NCBI GenBank assembly: GCA_048268245.1 | Contig: JBLWVX010000002.1 | Coordinates: forward strand, 32,001 to 96,000 | DNA length: 64,000 bases | Direction of reading: 5' to 3' | From: Arcobacteraceae bacterium | GTDB taxonomy: Bacteria > Campylobacterota > Campylobacteria > Campylobacterales > Arcobacteraceae | Shown: one piece after another, positions 38,314 to 48,301 of the stretch | How the letters are laid out: each line of letters opens with the position of its first letter | How positions within the stretch are numbered: the first letter of the stretch is position 1 | Notes under the pieces: generated by a model | The model's database searches: none | Told to the model about the DNA's origin: nothing | The model's input: the letters and a program-made list of their open reading frames with translations, nothing else | Program-made: the position numbers and the translations under genes

Positions 38314-40140
38314 ATAAAAACAAATAGTAAGATTATTTTTCTTGTTACCACTGTTATATTCTTTATGTTTATTCTTATGATTCTAAACTTTACTTACAAC
38401 TTTAGAGAGTACGGAATTAAAAGTATCGATAATAAAGCCACTATTCTAGCTAAAACCGTAGAGCATGCCCTGACAACTCAGATGTTAACAGGTGTGATTG
38501 ATAAAAGAGAAGTGTTTTTAAATCAATTAGAAGATTTACCACATATAGACAAAGTTTGGTTAAGTCGTGGTCATAAAGTAATTGAAATGTATGGAGAAGG
38601 CCTTAATAGTGAAATTGCGCAAGATGATATAGACAAAAAAGTTTTAGAAACAGGGAAAGAAATAAAAGTTATAGATGAAAAACTTTTTTCAAGCAGTACT
38701 TATAGAATCACTATACCATACAAAGCAACTTCAAGTGGAGAGATAAACTGTCTTAATTGTCATTCAAATGCAAAAGAAGGTGACACATTAGGTGCTATTA
38801 CGATTACTATTCCAGTTGATGATTCAAAACAAAAAGGAATTAGTACAGTTTTAAATACAACTGCTATTGCTTTGATTCTTATTTTTACAATTGCCTTTTT
38901 AATTAACTATTTAATATCTCCTTTTTTAAAGCTTTTTGTTTCAATTAAAAAAGTAATGAACAATGCAAATGAAGGTGATTATTCCCAAAGAGTATTAGAT
39001 ATAAATAACAAAGATGCAAAAGAAGTATCTATTTGGATTAATACATTACTTAAAAAACTTGAGACAACTTTAATTGATATAGATAAAAATATATCAATCT
39101 TTTTATCAAGTAAAACTCATGAAAATAGTGACCCTTTGATAAATGTACAAGAAACTGTTTCAAGATTATCTTCTGTTTACAAATTTAGAAAAACAATAGA
39201 ACATGACGATGATTTAAATACTATTTATGATAGATTAGCTCAAGTTATAAAATCTAAATTAAATATTGAAAACTTTAATATTCAAGAAGCTGATACAAGA
39301 ACAGGTAAATCAAAAAATATATACATTGGAAATAAAGAGTATTGTAATAAAAGTATTCAATGTAGAGCTGATAAAACGAATCAAATAGTTGATTCAACAG
39401 TATTTGAAAATATCTGTGTTTCATGTAAAGATAACAATATAAACTATCTTTGTATTCCATATTCAATATCTAATGAGTTAGATTTAATTATCTCTTTTTT
39501 CGCAAAGGATAAAGAAGAAATTGAAAGAATAAAATACAATATTCCTTTTATAAATGATTATATTGATGCATCAAAATCAGTTATTATTACAAATAAACTT
39601 ATGAATATTTTAGAAAAAAATGCTCGAACTGATGCCTTAACTGGACTTTATAATAGAAAACAACTAGAAGACCAATTACCTAAAATTGTATCCCAAAGCA
39701 ATCGAGCAAAAATACCATATGGTGTATTGATGATTGACATAGATTTCTTCAAAAAAATTAATGACACATATGGTCATGATGTTGGAGATAAAGCTATTCA
39801 AATTGTAGCTCAAACACTAAATGAAAACACTAGGAACTCTGATACAGTTATTAGATATGGGGGTGAAGAGTTTATTGTATTATTACATAATTGTAATGAA
39901 GTAAGTGTACTTAGTGTAGCAGAAAAGATAAGAATTACATTTATGAAAAAGAATATTCCTGTTAGTCCTACAAATACTATAAATAAAACATTAAGTATCG
40001 GTGCTTCTGTTTTTCCAAAAGACAGTATAGATCTAAAAGAGTGTATTAGAAATGCTGATATTGCTTTATACAAAGCTAAAAATGCAGGTAGAAATAGAAC
40101 TGTTATCTTTGAAAAAAGCATGATAAAAGAAAACAACTAA
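38314..40140 (+). CDS. Membrane diguanylate cyclase with periplasmic CxxCH, HAMP- and GAF-like regions
   Basis: Two TM helices, CLNCH, RYGGEEF with RxxD; start probably ATA 38314 (first ATG 38365). Confidence 0.88.
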   Translation: MKTNSKIIFLVTTVIFFMFILMILNFTYNFREYGIKSIDNKATILAKTVEHALTTQMLTGVIDKREVFLNQLEDLPHIDKVWLSRGHKVIEMYGEGLNSEIAQDDIDKKVLETGKEIKVIDEKLFSSSTYRITIPYKATSSGEINCLNCHSNAKEGDTLGAITITIPVDDSKQKGISTVLNTTAIALILIFTIAFLINYLISPFLKLFVSIKKVMNNANEGDYSQRVLDINNKDAKEVSIWINTLLKKLETTLIDIDKNISIFLSSKTHENSDPLINVQETVSRLSSVYKFRKTIEHDDDLNTIYDRLAQVIKSKLNIENFNIQEADTRTGKSKNIYIGNKEYCNKSIQCRADKTNQIVDSTVFENICVSCKDNNINYLCIPYSISNELDLIISFFAKDKEEIERIKYNIPFINDYIDASKSVIITNKLMNILEKNARTDALTGLYNRKQLEDQLPKIVSQSNRAKIPYGVLMIDIDFFKKINDTYGHDVGDKAIQIVAQTLNENTRNSDTVIRYGGEEFIVLLHNCNEVSVLSVAEKIRITFMKKNIPVSPTNTINKTLSIGASVFPKDSIDLKECIRNADIALYKAKNAGRNRTVIFEKSMIKENN

Positions 40141-40190
40141 GATAATTTTTGATATAATATTTGCCTTTAAAAAACATCCTAGGAAATATT

Positions 40191-41096
40191 ATGCAAAAGA
40201 AACATCAAAAAGTTCAAACCCTACTTGATGCAATTCCTCATATCAAAAAGTTTTATGGGAAAACTATTGTTATTAAATATGGTGGTTCAGCTCAAACAAG
40301 TCCAGAATTAAAAGAGAAGTTTGCTGAAGATATAGTTTTACTTTCACTTGTAGGTATCAAACCTGTAATTGTTCATGGTGGAGGAGCTAGAATATCTGAA
40401 CTACTTGATAAGTTATCTATTGAATCAGAGTTTGTAGATGGACATAGAGTTACATCAGAAGAAACTATGAGAGTTGTTGAAATGGTTTTAAGTGGAGAGA
40501 TAAATAAAAATATCACATCTTTACTAAATCACCATGGAGCAAAAGCTATTGGTATCTCAGGGAAAGACTCGTCGATAATAAATGCAATTCCTAAAGAAGA
40601 TGGTAAATTTGGTTACACAGGTGTTGTAACAAAAGTAAATGGAGATATGATAAATAATCTTATTAAAGAAGGTTTTATACCAGTAATTGCTCCAATTGCT
40701 GATAGTGCTGAACCTAATCATCCTGGATTTAATATTAATGCTGATGTTGCGGCTTCTAAAATAGCTGCTGCTATTGGAGCTCAAAAAGTTCTATTTTTAA
40801 CTGATACAATAGGTGTTTTAGATAAAGAAGGAAATTTACTTAATTCACTTGACCAAGATGATGTGGAAGCTTATAAAGAGGATGGAACAATTGGAGGAGG
40901 AATGATTCCTAAAGTTGATTCTTGTATAGATGCAATTTACAATGGTGTAAATAAAGCTCATATCATAGATGGTAGAGTTGAACACTCTATTTTACTTGAA
41001 CTATTCACAAGTGATGGAATCGGAACACAATTTGTTAGAAAAGATAATCCAAATAATGGGATTGATATGGAAAAACTACTAAGCAATGAAGCGTAA
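40191..41096 (+). CDS. argB: Acetylglutamate kinase
   Basis: VIKYGGSA, VHGGG, NINAD, GGMIPK. Confidence 0.96.
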   Translation: MQKKHQKVQTLLDAIPHIKKFYGKTIVIKYGGSAQTSPELKEKFAEDIVLLSLVGIKPVIVHGGGARISELLDKLSIESEFVDGHRVTSEETMRVVEMVLSGEINKNITSLLNHHGAKAIGISGKDSSIINAIPKEDGKFGYTGVVTKVNGDMINNLIKEGFIPVIAPIADSAEPNHPGFNINADVAASKIAAAIGAQKVLFLTDTIGVLDKEGNLLNSLDQDDVEAYKEDGTIGGGMIPKVDSCIDAIYNGVNKAHIIDGRVEHSILLELFTSDGIGTQFVRKDNPNNGIDMEKLLSNEA

Positions 41097-41105
41097 GGAA
41101 GAAAA

Positions 41106-42587
41106 ATGAAATTTATAGAAACTAGAGGAAATGATGGAGTTAAGGATAAAGAAGTAGAATTTTCATATGCTATATTAAATCCTAGTGCATCTTTTGGTGG
41201 TCTTTATGTACCAAAAGAGTTACCAAAACTTGAAGAAAATTTTCTTTTAAATCATATTAATGACGGATATAAAGAATTAGCATATGCAATTTTAAAAGCA
41301 TTTGAAATTGATATTGATGAAGAAGAGATTCAAAAAGCTTTAGATTTATATGATAACTTTGATGATGCTGCTGATCCTTGTCCAGTTGTTAAAGTTAAAG
41401 ATGACTTATTTGTACATGAACAATATCATGGACCAACAAGAGCATTTAAAGATATGGCATTACAACCTTTTGGTTCAATTCTAAGTTCAATTGCTAAAAA
41501 AAGAGACGAAAAATATTTAATACTAGCTGCAACATCTGGGGATACAGGTCCTGCTGCACTAAATACTTTTAAAAACAAAGAGAATATTCAAGTTGCTTGT
41601 TTATATCCAGATGGTGGTACTTCTGATGTACAAAGATTACAAATGGTATGTGAAGATGGAGACAATCTAAAAGTTTTAGGTATTAAAGGAAACTTTGATG
41701 ATGCTCAAACTGCACTAAAAAAACTACTTGCAAGCCAATCTTTTAAAGATGAATTAGAAAATGATGGTATTAAACTATCTGCGGCTAACTCTGTTAACTT
41801 TGGTAGAATTATTTTCCAAATTATTTATCACTTCCACTCTTACTTAGAGTTATTAAAACAAGGAGAAGTTGAATATGGTGAAGAAATTTACTTAGTAGTG
41901 CCATCAGGAAACTTTGGAAATGTACTTGGTGGATTCTATGCAAAACAAATGGGTGTTCCAATTAAAAAACTTCTTGTTGCATCAAATGAAAACAATATCT
42001 TAACTGAATGGATTAACACAGGTATTTATGATATTAGAGATAAAGAATTAAAACTTACAAAATCTCCAGCTATGGATATTTTAAAATCTTCTAATATAGA
42101 AAGAGTGATTTTTTCACTTTTTGGAGCAAAAAGAACGAAAGAGTTACTAGATGACCTAAATGAGAAAAAAATCTTTAAAATGAGTAAAGATGAAACAGCT
42201 AAGCTTCAAGAGTACTTTAGTGCTATAAATTCTGATGATGAATATGGTTCAAAAATCATCAAATCTTTCTTAGATGATGGTTACTTAATGGACCCTCATA
42301 CTGCAACTTGTATTAAAGCTTATGAAGAACTAAGAGAAGAGAAAATTACTACTGTAATTTACTCAACAGCTGAGTGGACGAAATTCTCACCAACAGTTCT
42401 AAATGCCCTAAAACAAGATAATAAAAAGTATTCAGATAAAGAAGCATTAGAAGAAATTTCATCAAAATATAAAGCTGTTTTACCTCAATCAATTAAAGAC
42501 TTATTTACAGCAAAAATCAACCATAATCAAGTTATTGAAAAAGAGAATATTGAAGAAGAAATCGTAAAATTTATTAGAGAATGTTAA
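41106..42587 (+). CDS. thrC: Threonine synthase
   Basis: HGPTRAFKD, ATSGDTG, SAANSVNFGR, VPSGNFGN. Confidence 0.96.
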   Translation: MKFIETRGNDGVKDKEVEFSYAILNPSASFGGLYVPKELPKLEENFLLNHINDGYKELAYAILKAFEIDIDEEEIQKALDLYDNFDDAADPCPVVKVKDDLFVHEQYHGPTRAFKDMALQPFGSILSSIAKKRDEKYLILAATSGDTGPAALNTFKNKENIQVACLYPDGGTSDVQRLQMVCEDGDNLKVLGIKGNFDDAQTALKKLLASQSFKDELENDGIKLSAANSVNFGRIIFQIIYHFHSYLELLKQGEVEYGEEIYLVVPSGNFGNVLGGFYAKQMGVPIKKLLVASNENNILTEWINTGIYDIRDKELKLTKSPAMDILKSSNIERVIFSLFGAKRTKELLDDLNEKKIFKMSKDETAKLQEYFSAINSDDEYGSKIIKSFLDDGYLMDPHTATCIKAYEELREEKITTVIYSTAEWTKFSPTVLNALKQDNKKYSDKEALEEISSKYKAVLPQSIKDLFTAKINHNQVIEKENIEEEIVKFIREC

Positions 42588-42651
42588 AATTCTCTAATAA
42601 TTAAAATAACTCCTCCCTATTTTACCACACTGGGTAAATTTTTCACAAAAA

Positions 42652-42671
42652 ATAGCATAAACATAACATTT
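42652..42671 (+). promoter_or_regulatory. Weaker TAGCAT/TAACAT direct-repeat box upstream of petA
   Basis: ATAGCATAAACATAACATTT, 15/20 identity to the boxes at 230 and 26690; TATAAT at 42709-42714. Confidence 0.4.
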
Positions 42672-42750
42672 TATGATTCAAGTCAAATCATTTTAAGTAA
42701 GAAAACAATATAATATATGGATTTCAATCTAAAAAAAAAGGAAGCCAAAT

Positions 42751-43254
42751 ATGTCTAATGAAACTAATAGACGAGATTTTCTTGGTTATTCATTTGCTGC
42801 TGTTGCTGCAGTAGGTGGTGCTGCGTCGCTTGTTGGTATGAAGCAAGTATGGGATCCACTTCCAAGCGTATTAGCGGGTGGTTTTACAAAAGTAGAACTA
42901 GGTGAACTAAAAGCCGGAAATCCTGTTACAATTACTTGGAGAGGAAAACCAATTTTTCTTCTTAAAAAAACTGCTGAAATGAAAAATAATGAGAGAGATT
43001 TAGTAATCGGTGATGACAGATATACTGTTGCTATTGGATTATGTACTCACTTAGGTTGTATTCCAGCATGGAAAAAAGATAAATGGAAATGTGCATGTCA
43101 CGGTGGGGAATTTAACCCTTCTGCTGAACAAATCTTCGGACCTCCTCCAAGACCACTTGACTTACCTCCATTTAGTGTACAAGGAACTTCTATTACTTTA
43201 GGTGAAGAAGGACCAGAATACAAAAAAATCGCTGCTGCGATGGCAACGGCATAA
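42751..43254 (+). CDS. petA: Rieske Fe-S subunit of the bc1 complex
   Basis: Tat motif RRDFL, CTHLGC, CACHG. Confidence 0.97.
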   Translation: MSNETNRRDFLGYSFAAVAAVGGAASLVGMKQVWDPLPSVLAGGFTKVELGELKAGNPVTITWRGKPIFLLKKTAEMKNNERDLVIGDDRYTVAIGLCTHLGCIPAWKKDKWKCACHGGEFNPSAEQIFGPPPRPLDLPPFSVQGTSITLGEEGPEYKKIAAAMATA

Positions 43255-43264
43255 GGAGTAGTTT

Positions 43265-44515
43265 ATGGCAAAATTTGAAAAAGCTAACTCAGTTGGTGAG
43301 TGGTTAGATCAAAGACTTAATACTACAGCTTTAAACAAAGTTTTAATGACTGAGTATTGGATTCCAAAAGATATTAACTTCTTATGGGCAATGGGTGTAT
43401 TACTAGCTACTACATTTGGTATCTTAGTAGTTTCTGGTTTATTCTTAATGATGTACTACAAGCCAGATGTTGCTTTAGCGTTTGATTCTGTTAACTATAC
43501 AATTATGCAAGAAGTAGCATTTGGTTGGTTATTTAGACATATGCATGGTGTTGCTGCTTCTGTTGTATTCTTAATCATCTACATTCACATGTTTACAGGT
43601 ATCTACTATGGTTCTTATAAGCAAGGTAGAGAAATGATTTGGATTTCAGGTATGTTATTATTCATGACATTCTCTGCTGCTGGATTCTCTGGATATATGT
43701 TACCATGGGGACAAATGTCTTACTGGGCTGCAATGGTTATTACTAACTTATTTGGTGGTGTTCCAGTTATTGGTGATGCTTTAGTTGTATGGATTAGAGG
43801 TGACTTCAACGTTGCTGATGCTACATTAACTAGATTCTTCATGTTACACGTATTCTTATTACCTATTACTATTATGGGTATTATTGGGTTACACTTCTAC
43901 ACATTAAGAATTCCTCACGTTAATAACCAAAACTCTGATGAGTTTGATTTTGATGAAGAAGCTGAAAAATACTTAGCTGGTAACAAAAGAGAATCAAAAG
44001 TTATTCCTTTCTGGCCTGTATTTATTTCTAAAGATTTAGCTGTATTAGGTATTTTCTTAATCTTCTACTTCTACTTAGTATTCTTCCACTATAACTTTGC
44101 AATGGACCCAGTTAACTTCGATCCTGCTGATCCAATGGTAACTCCTGCGCATATTTACCCAGAGTGGTACTTCTTATGGTCATATGAAGTATTAAGAGGA
44201 TTCTTCTTTGATGTTGGACCTGTTAAGGCATTTGACATTGGATTAATTGCATTTGCATTTGCAAACGTTATCTTCTTAGTATTACCTTGGTTAGATAGAG
44301 ATCCAAAAATCTTACCAGCACATAAAAGACCTAAATTCTTCATTTGGTTCTGGATTTTAATGGCTGACTTAATTGTATTAACTGTATATGGAAAATTACC
44401 TCCAACAGGTGTAAATGCATGGGTTGGATTTGTAGTTGCTACATTATTCATCATTTTATTCCTTGTATTACCATTTATTACAAAAGCAGATGCTAAAAAG
44501 AGAGGAGATGCATAA
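43265..44515 (+). CDS. petB: Cytochrome b
   Basis: RHMHG, GYMLPWGQMSYW, PEWY. Confidence 0.97.
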   Translation: MAKFEKANSVGEWLDQRLNTTALNKVLMTEYWIPKDINFLWAMGVLLATTFGILVVSGLFLMMYYKPDVALAFDSVNYTIMQEVAFGWLFRHMHGVAASVVFLIIYIHMFTGIYYGSYKQGREMIWISGMLLFMTFSAAGFSGYMLPWGQMSYWAAMVITNLFGGVPVIGDALVVWIRGDFNVADATLTRFFMLHVFLLPITIMGIIGLHFYTLRIPHVNNQNSDEFDFDEEAEKYLAGNKRESKVIPFWPVFISKDLAVLGIFLIFYFYLVFFHYNFAMDPVNFDPADPMVTPAHIYPEWYFLWSYEVLRGFFFDVGPVKAFDIGLIAFAFANVIFLVLPWLDRDPKILPAHKRPKFFIWFWILMADLIVLTVYGKLPPTGVNAWVGFVVATLFIILFLVLPFITKADAKKRGDA

Positions 44516-45399
44516 TGAAAGAATTAAAAATTTTAGCAGTAGTTGTAGCATTAACGCTGGTAACTTACTGGGGAGTTGAGCCATTTGCTCACTATCAAAT
44601 GTACCCTCCTATAGAACCAGCTGATTTTAAATTCTCTGATGTTCAAGAAGACGTTAAAGATGTTAAAGCTTTAAGTGGTGATGCTACAAATGGTAAAACA
44701 TTAGTTACTACTAACTGTACAGCTTGTCACTCAATTAAAACTGAGGGATTCCCACAAGTTATGGATAATGCAAGTTCAGCAGCTGCCTATGGTGTTGTTC
44801 CACCAGATTTAAGTACTGCTGGATACCTTTATAATGCAGATTATTTAGCAGCATTTATTAAAAATCCTGCTAAAGCTTCTAAAGTTGAGCATAAGTTTGA
44901 AGATGGAAGAGTTCACCCAATGCCAGGTTATGGTTGGATGCAACCACAAGAAATTGCTGATATGGTAGCTTATTTACAATCAATTGCTCCAGAAGAAATG
45001 ACAAATAAAGCAGTATTTACTAATGCTTGTCAAAGATGTCACGGTATTAAATACGCTGATATGAAAAATGGAACAATGAGTGCATTTACTCCTGATTCAG
45101 ATATTAAAAAGTACATGGGTAAATTACCTCCTGATTTATCACAATACATTAGATCTAGAGGTGAAGGATACTTAACTACATTTATTAATAATCCACAAAA
45201 ACACCTTGAAGGTACTGCAATGCCTAGAGTTGGTTTAAATGAAGATTCTCAAAAGCAAGTTATTACTTACATGGAAGAAGTTGGTGATACAAGTAAAGAT
45301 GAAAGATCTGAATTAGGACCTAAATTCTTAATTTACTTTGTAATCTTTGCAATCTTCGCATTCTTATGGAAGAAAAAAATGTGGAGAGATGTTCATTAA
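44515..45399 (+). CDS. petC: Diheme cytochrome c1-type subunit
   Basis: CTACH and CQRCH, PPDLS twice, C-terminal TM. Confidence 0.93.
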   Translation: MKELKILAVVVALTLVTYWGVEPFAHYQMYPPIEPADFKFSDVQEDVKDVKALSGDATNGKTLVTTNCTACHSIKTEGFPQVMDNASSAAAYGVVPPDLSTAGYLYNADYLAAFIKNPAKASKVEHKFEDGRVHPMPGYGWMQPQEIADMVAYLQSIAPEEMTNKAVFTNACQRCHGIKYADMKNGTMSAFTPDSDIKKYMGKLPPDLSQYIRSRGEGYLTTFINNPQKHLEGTAMPRVGLNEDSQKQVITYMEEVGDTSKDERSELGPKFLIYFVIFAIFAFLWKKKMWRDVH

Positions 45400-45412
45400 G
45401 AACTCTTAAGAT

Positions 45413-45442
45413 AAAAAGGTTAGGTAGCCCTAACCTTTTTTA
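45413..45442 (+). terminator. Terminator after petC
   Basis: AAAAAGGTTAGG/CCTAACCTTTTT. Confidence 0.8.
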
Positions 45443-45466
45443 ATAAAAAATCATAAAGGAAACCAA

Positions 45467-45862
45467 ATGAAACTAGCAAAATTATTAGTTGCATGTACAT
45501 TAGCTTTTGGTGTTGCTAATGCTCAAGATGTTATGCAAAAATCTATGTCTATCATGGAAAAAGGTATGACTCAAATTCAAAAAGGTTTTTTAAATAACAA
45601 CCTTGAATTAATCAAAGAAGGTTCTGCTTTAGTAAAAGAAGGAAATGAACTTTTCTCTGACAAGAAAGTTATTAAAAACTATTTACCAGAAAACAAAAAA
45701 CACTTAGTTAATGTTGCTGCTGCGGCAAGTGAGAGAATTAACTTAGACTTAACTGTTTTAGAATTAAATTTAGACGAAAAAGCATATTTAAATGCTGCTG
45801 ATGCATATTCTGATATGTTAAATGCATGTTCTAGATGTCACTCAATTGTAAGAAGCTGGTAA
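45467..45862 (+). CDS. Periplasmic class II (c'-like) monoheme cytochrome c
   Basis: Signal peptide, helical body, C-terminal CSRCH. Confidence 0.8.
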   Translation: MKLAKLLVACTLAFGVANAQDVMQKSMSIMEKGMTQIQKGFLNNNLELIKEGSALVKEGNELFSDKKVIKNYLPENKKHLVNVAAAASERINLDLTVLELNLDEKAYLNAADAYSDMLNACSRCHSIVRSW

Positions 45863-45880
45863 TAATTTATTATTAGCATA

Positions 45881-45915
45881 AAAAAAAGCCAAGCTTTAAA
45901 AACTTGGCTTTTTTT
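45881..45915. terminator. Bidirectional terminator
   Basis: AAAAAAGCCAAG/CTTGGCTTTTTT between convergent genes. Confidence 0.8.
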
Positions 45916-46585
45916 ATATCAATATTTTTGAACTTGCACTTATTACTGCAGTTTCACTACGTAATATTAAACTTGATTTAAAACCTACTACTTTTTCTTT
46001 ATCAAAAGTAATTCTTTCATCATCTGAAAAACCACCTTCACAACCAATTATTAAAGTTTTAATATCATCTCTTTTAGTTTCGATATTTGTTTGGGAAAAG
46101 TCTAAAAAGTATGAATTAGGATTTTGCTTTAAAAACTCTTCTAAGCTATTACAAATATCTAATTTTATAATAGATGATCTTCCACATTGACTAGAAGAGT
46201 TATATAAAATTCTATTTAACTTTTCAATATTAACTTTAAAGTTCTTTTGTGAAAATTCACAATAAACAAATGTAATTTTATCTACACCTAGTTCATTTAA
46301 AGAAGCTATATTTTTTTCAATAGTTTTTGGATCAACCATACACCAAGCAAGGTGCAATTTTTTATCATTTTCAACTATTTTCTCTTCATAACTAACAAGA
46401 GATAAATTAGCATCTTTTCTCCCAATTGACTCTAATTTATATAGATAAACAAAACTATCATTTAAATTCCTAAAGTAGATTTCATCCCCTACTTTATGTC
46501 TTCTAGCTTTTATTAAATATTTATATGTGTCATTATTAATTATAAGATTTGATTCTTTAGCATCCTCATGATAAGAAAATTGCAT
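45914..46585 (-). CDS. rsmE: 16S rRNA m3U1498 methyltransferase
   Basis: ELGV, QCGR, IGCEGGFS, LILRSETA. Confidence 0.92.
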   Translation of the reverse strand: MQFSYHEDAKESNLIINNDTYKYLIKARRHKVGDEIYFRNLNDSFVYLYKLESIGRKDANLSLVSYEEKIVENDKKLHLAWCMVDPKTIEKNIASLNELGVDKITFVYCEFSQKNFKVNIEKLNRILYNSSSQCGRSSIIKLDICNSLEEFLKQNPNSYFLDFSQTNIETKRDDIKTLIIGCEGGFSDDERITFDKEKVVGFKSSLILRSETAVISASSKILI

Positions 46586-46587
46586 TC

Positions 46588-46992
46588 TTAAAATACCTTA
46601 CTAATTATATAAATCGAAACTAATACCATAATTTCAATAGTATAAATTTTTCTTGCATATTTATAGAAGTCTTCTTGAAGTTCTTTATCACCACTTTTAA
46701 TAACTCTCATTTTTTTATATCTTTTAATTTCTATAACTAAAAGGAATATTGAAGTTGGTATCATAATAAAAATTGTAAAACTCATTGCATGAGCATAAAA
46801 AGCAACAATTGCTCCTGTATACATTACAATTGCATTTGTTAAGTGATATAAAGGAGTCATGAATTTTAGTCTTTTTGCTAATTTCATAAAATCTTTTACA
46901 CTAACAACTGAGTAAAGGTTAAATAACATAATTGCTAAAAAAAAGTAAATTGTATATACGTGTGTCGTAATCGCACTTTGCATTAATTCCAT
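46588..46992 (-). CDS. Hypothetical membrane protein
   Basis: About four hydrophobic segments, intact ORF. Confidence 0.75.
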   Translation of the reverse strand: MELMQSAITTHVYTIYFFLAIMLFNLYSVVSVKDFMKLAKRLKFMTPLYHLTNAIVMYTGAIVAFYAHAMSFTIFIMIPTSIFLLVIEIKRYKKMRVIKSGDKELQEDFYKYARKIYTIEIMVLVSIYIISKVF

Positions 46993-47077
46993 CTTTGTTT
47001 ATCTCACTTTTAAAAAATTTCGCTATTATATCTAACTTGTCATAAGTTTTTTATTTTAAATATCAAAAGGAATAATA

Positions 47078-48301
47078 ATGGCTATTAGTGTAGAAGATAC
47101 TATAAATATTATTTCACAACTTCAACTAAAACAAAATTTTGAAATCATACCAATCGAAGATGCTTTAAATAGAGTTTGTGCCCAAAATATTTATGCAACA
47201 TCAAGTTTGCCTAAGTTTAACAACTCTGCAATGGACGGGTATGCGATACTATATGAAAACAAAGATGAAGATTTAGAAGTTATTGATACTGTATTCGCAG
47301 GAGATAACAATACTACCTTACTTAAAGATAACTGTTGTGTAAAAATAATGACAGGAGCAAGAGTTCCAGATAATACAACAGCGATTATTCCTAAAGAAGA
47401 TACACATAAACTTAATGATAATCAAATTAAAATTACAAAAAATGTAAAAGAATTTCAACATATTAGATATATTGGCGAAGATATAAAAGAAGAAGAACTT
47501 TTAATAAAAATAGGTGAAAATATAAATTTCTCGAGAATAACACTATTATCTTCTCAAGGAATTAGTCACATAAAAGTTTACAAAAAACCAAAAATTGTTG
47601 TTTTTTCAAGTGGAGAAGAATTAAAACTTCATTATGAAAAAATTCAAGACCATCAAATATATAATTCTAATACTCCAACATTAATCGCAAGAGCTAAAGA
47701 GTTAGGTTGTGATGTAACATTTATTGGTCAAGCTAAAGACTCAGTAGATGCAATAAAAGAATTAATTGAAAACTCTTTAGATGCAAATTTAATTATAACA
47801 TCAGGTGGAGTATCAGTGGGAGATGCTGATTTTACAAAAGAGGCTTTTAATGAGCTTAATTTTGAAACAATTTTTGATGGAATCATAATAAAACCTGGAA
47901 AACCAACAGTCTTTGGAAAAATTGGCAATACTTTAATACTTAACTTACCTGGTAATCCCCTAGCAAGTGCTATGATTTTTGAAATGTTTGGAAAATTAAT
48001 AATTCAAAAACTTTTAGGTTCAAATAAAACCTATCCAAACTACATCAAATCAAAAATATCACAAGATTTAAAAAATAAATCTGGAAGAATTACTTTAGTT
48101 CCAGGTTTTTTTGATGGAGAATCATTTAATGTATGTGAAAAAAGAAGTCCAGGAATGGTATCAACACTATCTAATTGTAACAGTATGATAGCTTTAAATG
48201 AAAATGTAGATTTTTTAAAAGAGAATTCAAAAGTTAAAGTTCTTCCTATAAATTGGAAATTTTTTACAGAAATAAAAAAGGATTTTTTAACAAATGAGTA
48301 G
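47078..48301 (+). CDS. moeA: Molybdopterin molybdotransferase
   Basis: SAMDGYA, IMTGA, TSGGVSVG, KPGKP, LPGNP. Confidence 0.96.
   Translation: MAISVEDTINIISQLQLKQNFEIIPIEDALNRVCAQNIYATSSLPKFNNSAMDGYAILYENKDEDLEVIDTVFAGDNNTTLLKDNCCVKIMTGARVPDNTTAIIPKEDTHKLNDNQIKITKNVKEFQHIRYIGEDIKEEELLIKIGENINFSRITLLSSQGISHIKVYKKPKIVVFSSGEELKLHYEKIQDHQIYNSNTPTLIARAKELGCDVTFIGQAKDSVDAIKELIENSLDANLIITSGGVSVGDADFTKEAFNELNFETIFDGIIIKPGKPTVFGKIGNTLILNLPGNPLASAMIFEMFGKLIIQKLLGSNKTYPNYIKSKISQDLKNKSGRITLVPGFFDGESFNVCEKRSPGMVSTLSNCNSMIALNENVDFLKENSKVKVLPINWKFFTEIKKDFLTNE

Noticed and set aside
44515..45399. Two heme motifs in cytochrome c1
   Set aside because: A diheme PetC is already known in Campylobacterota
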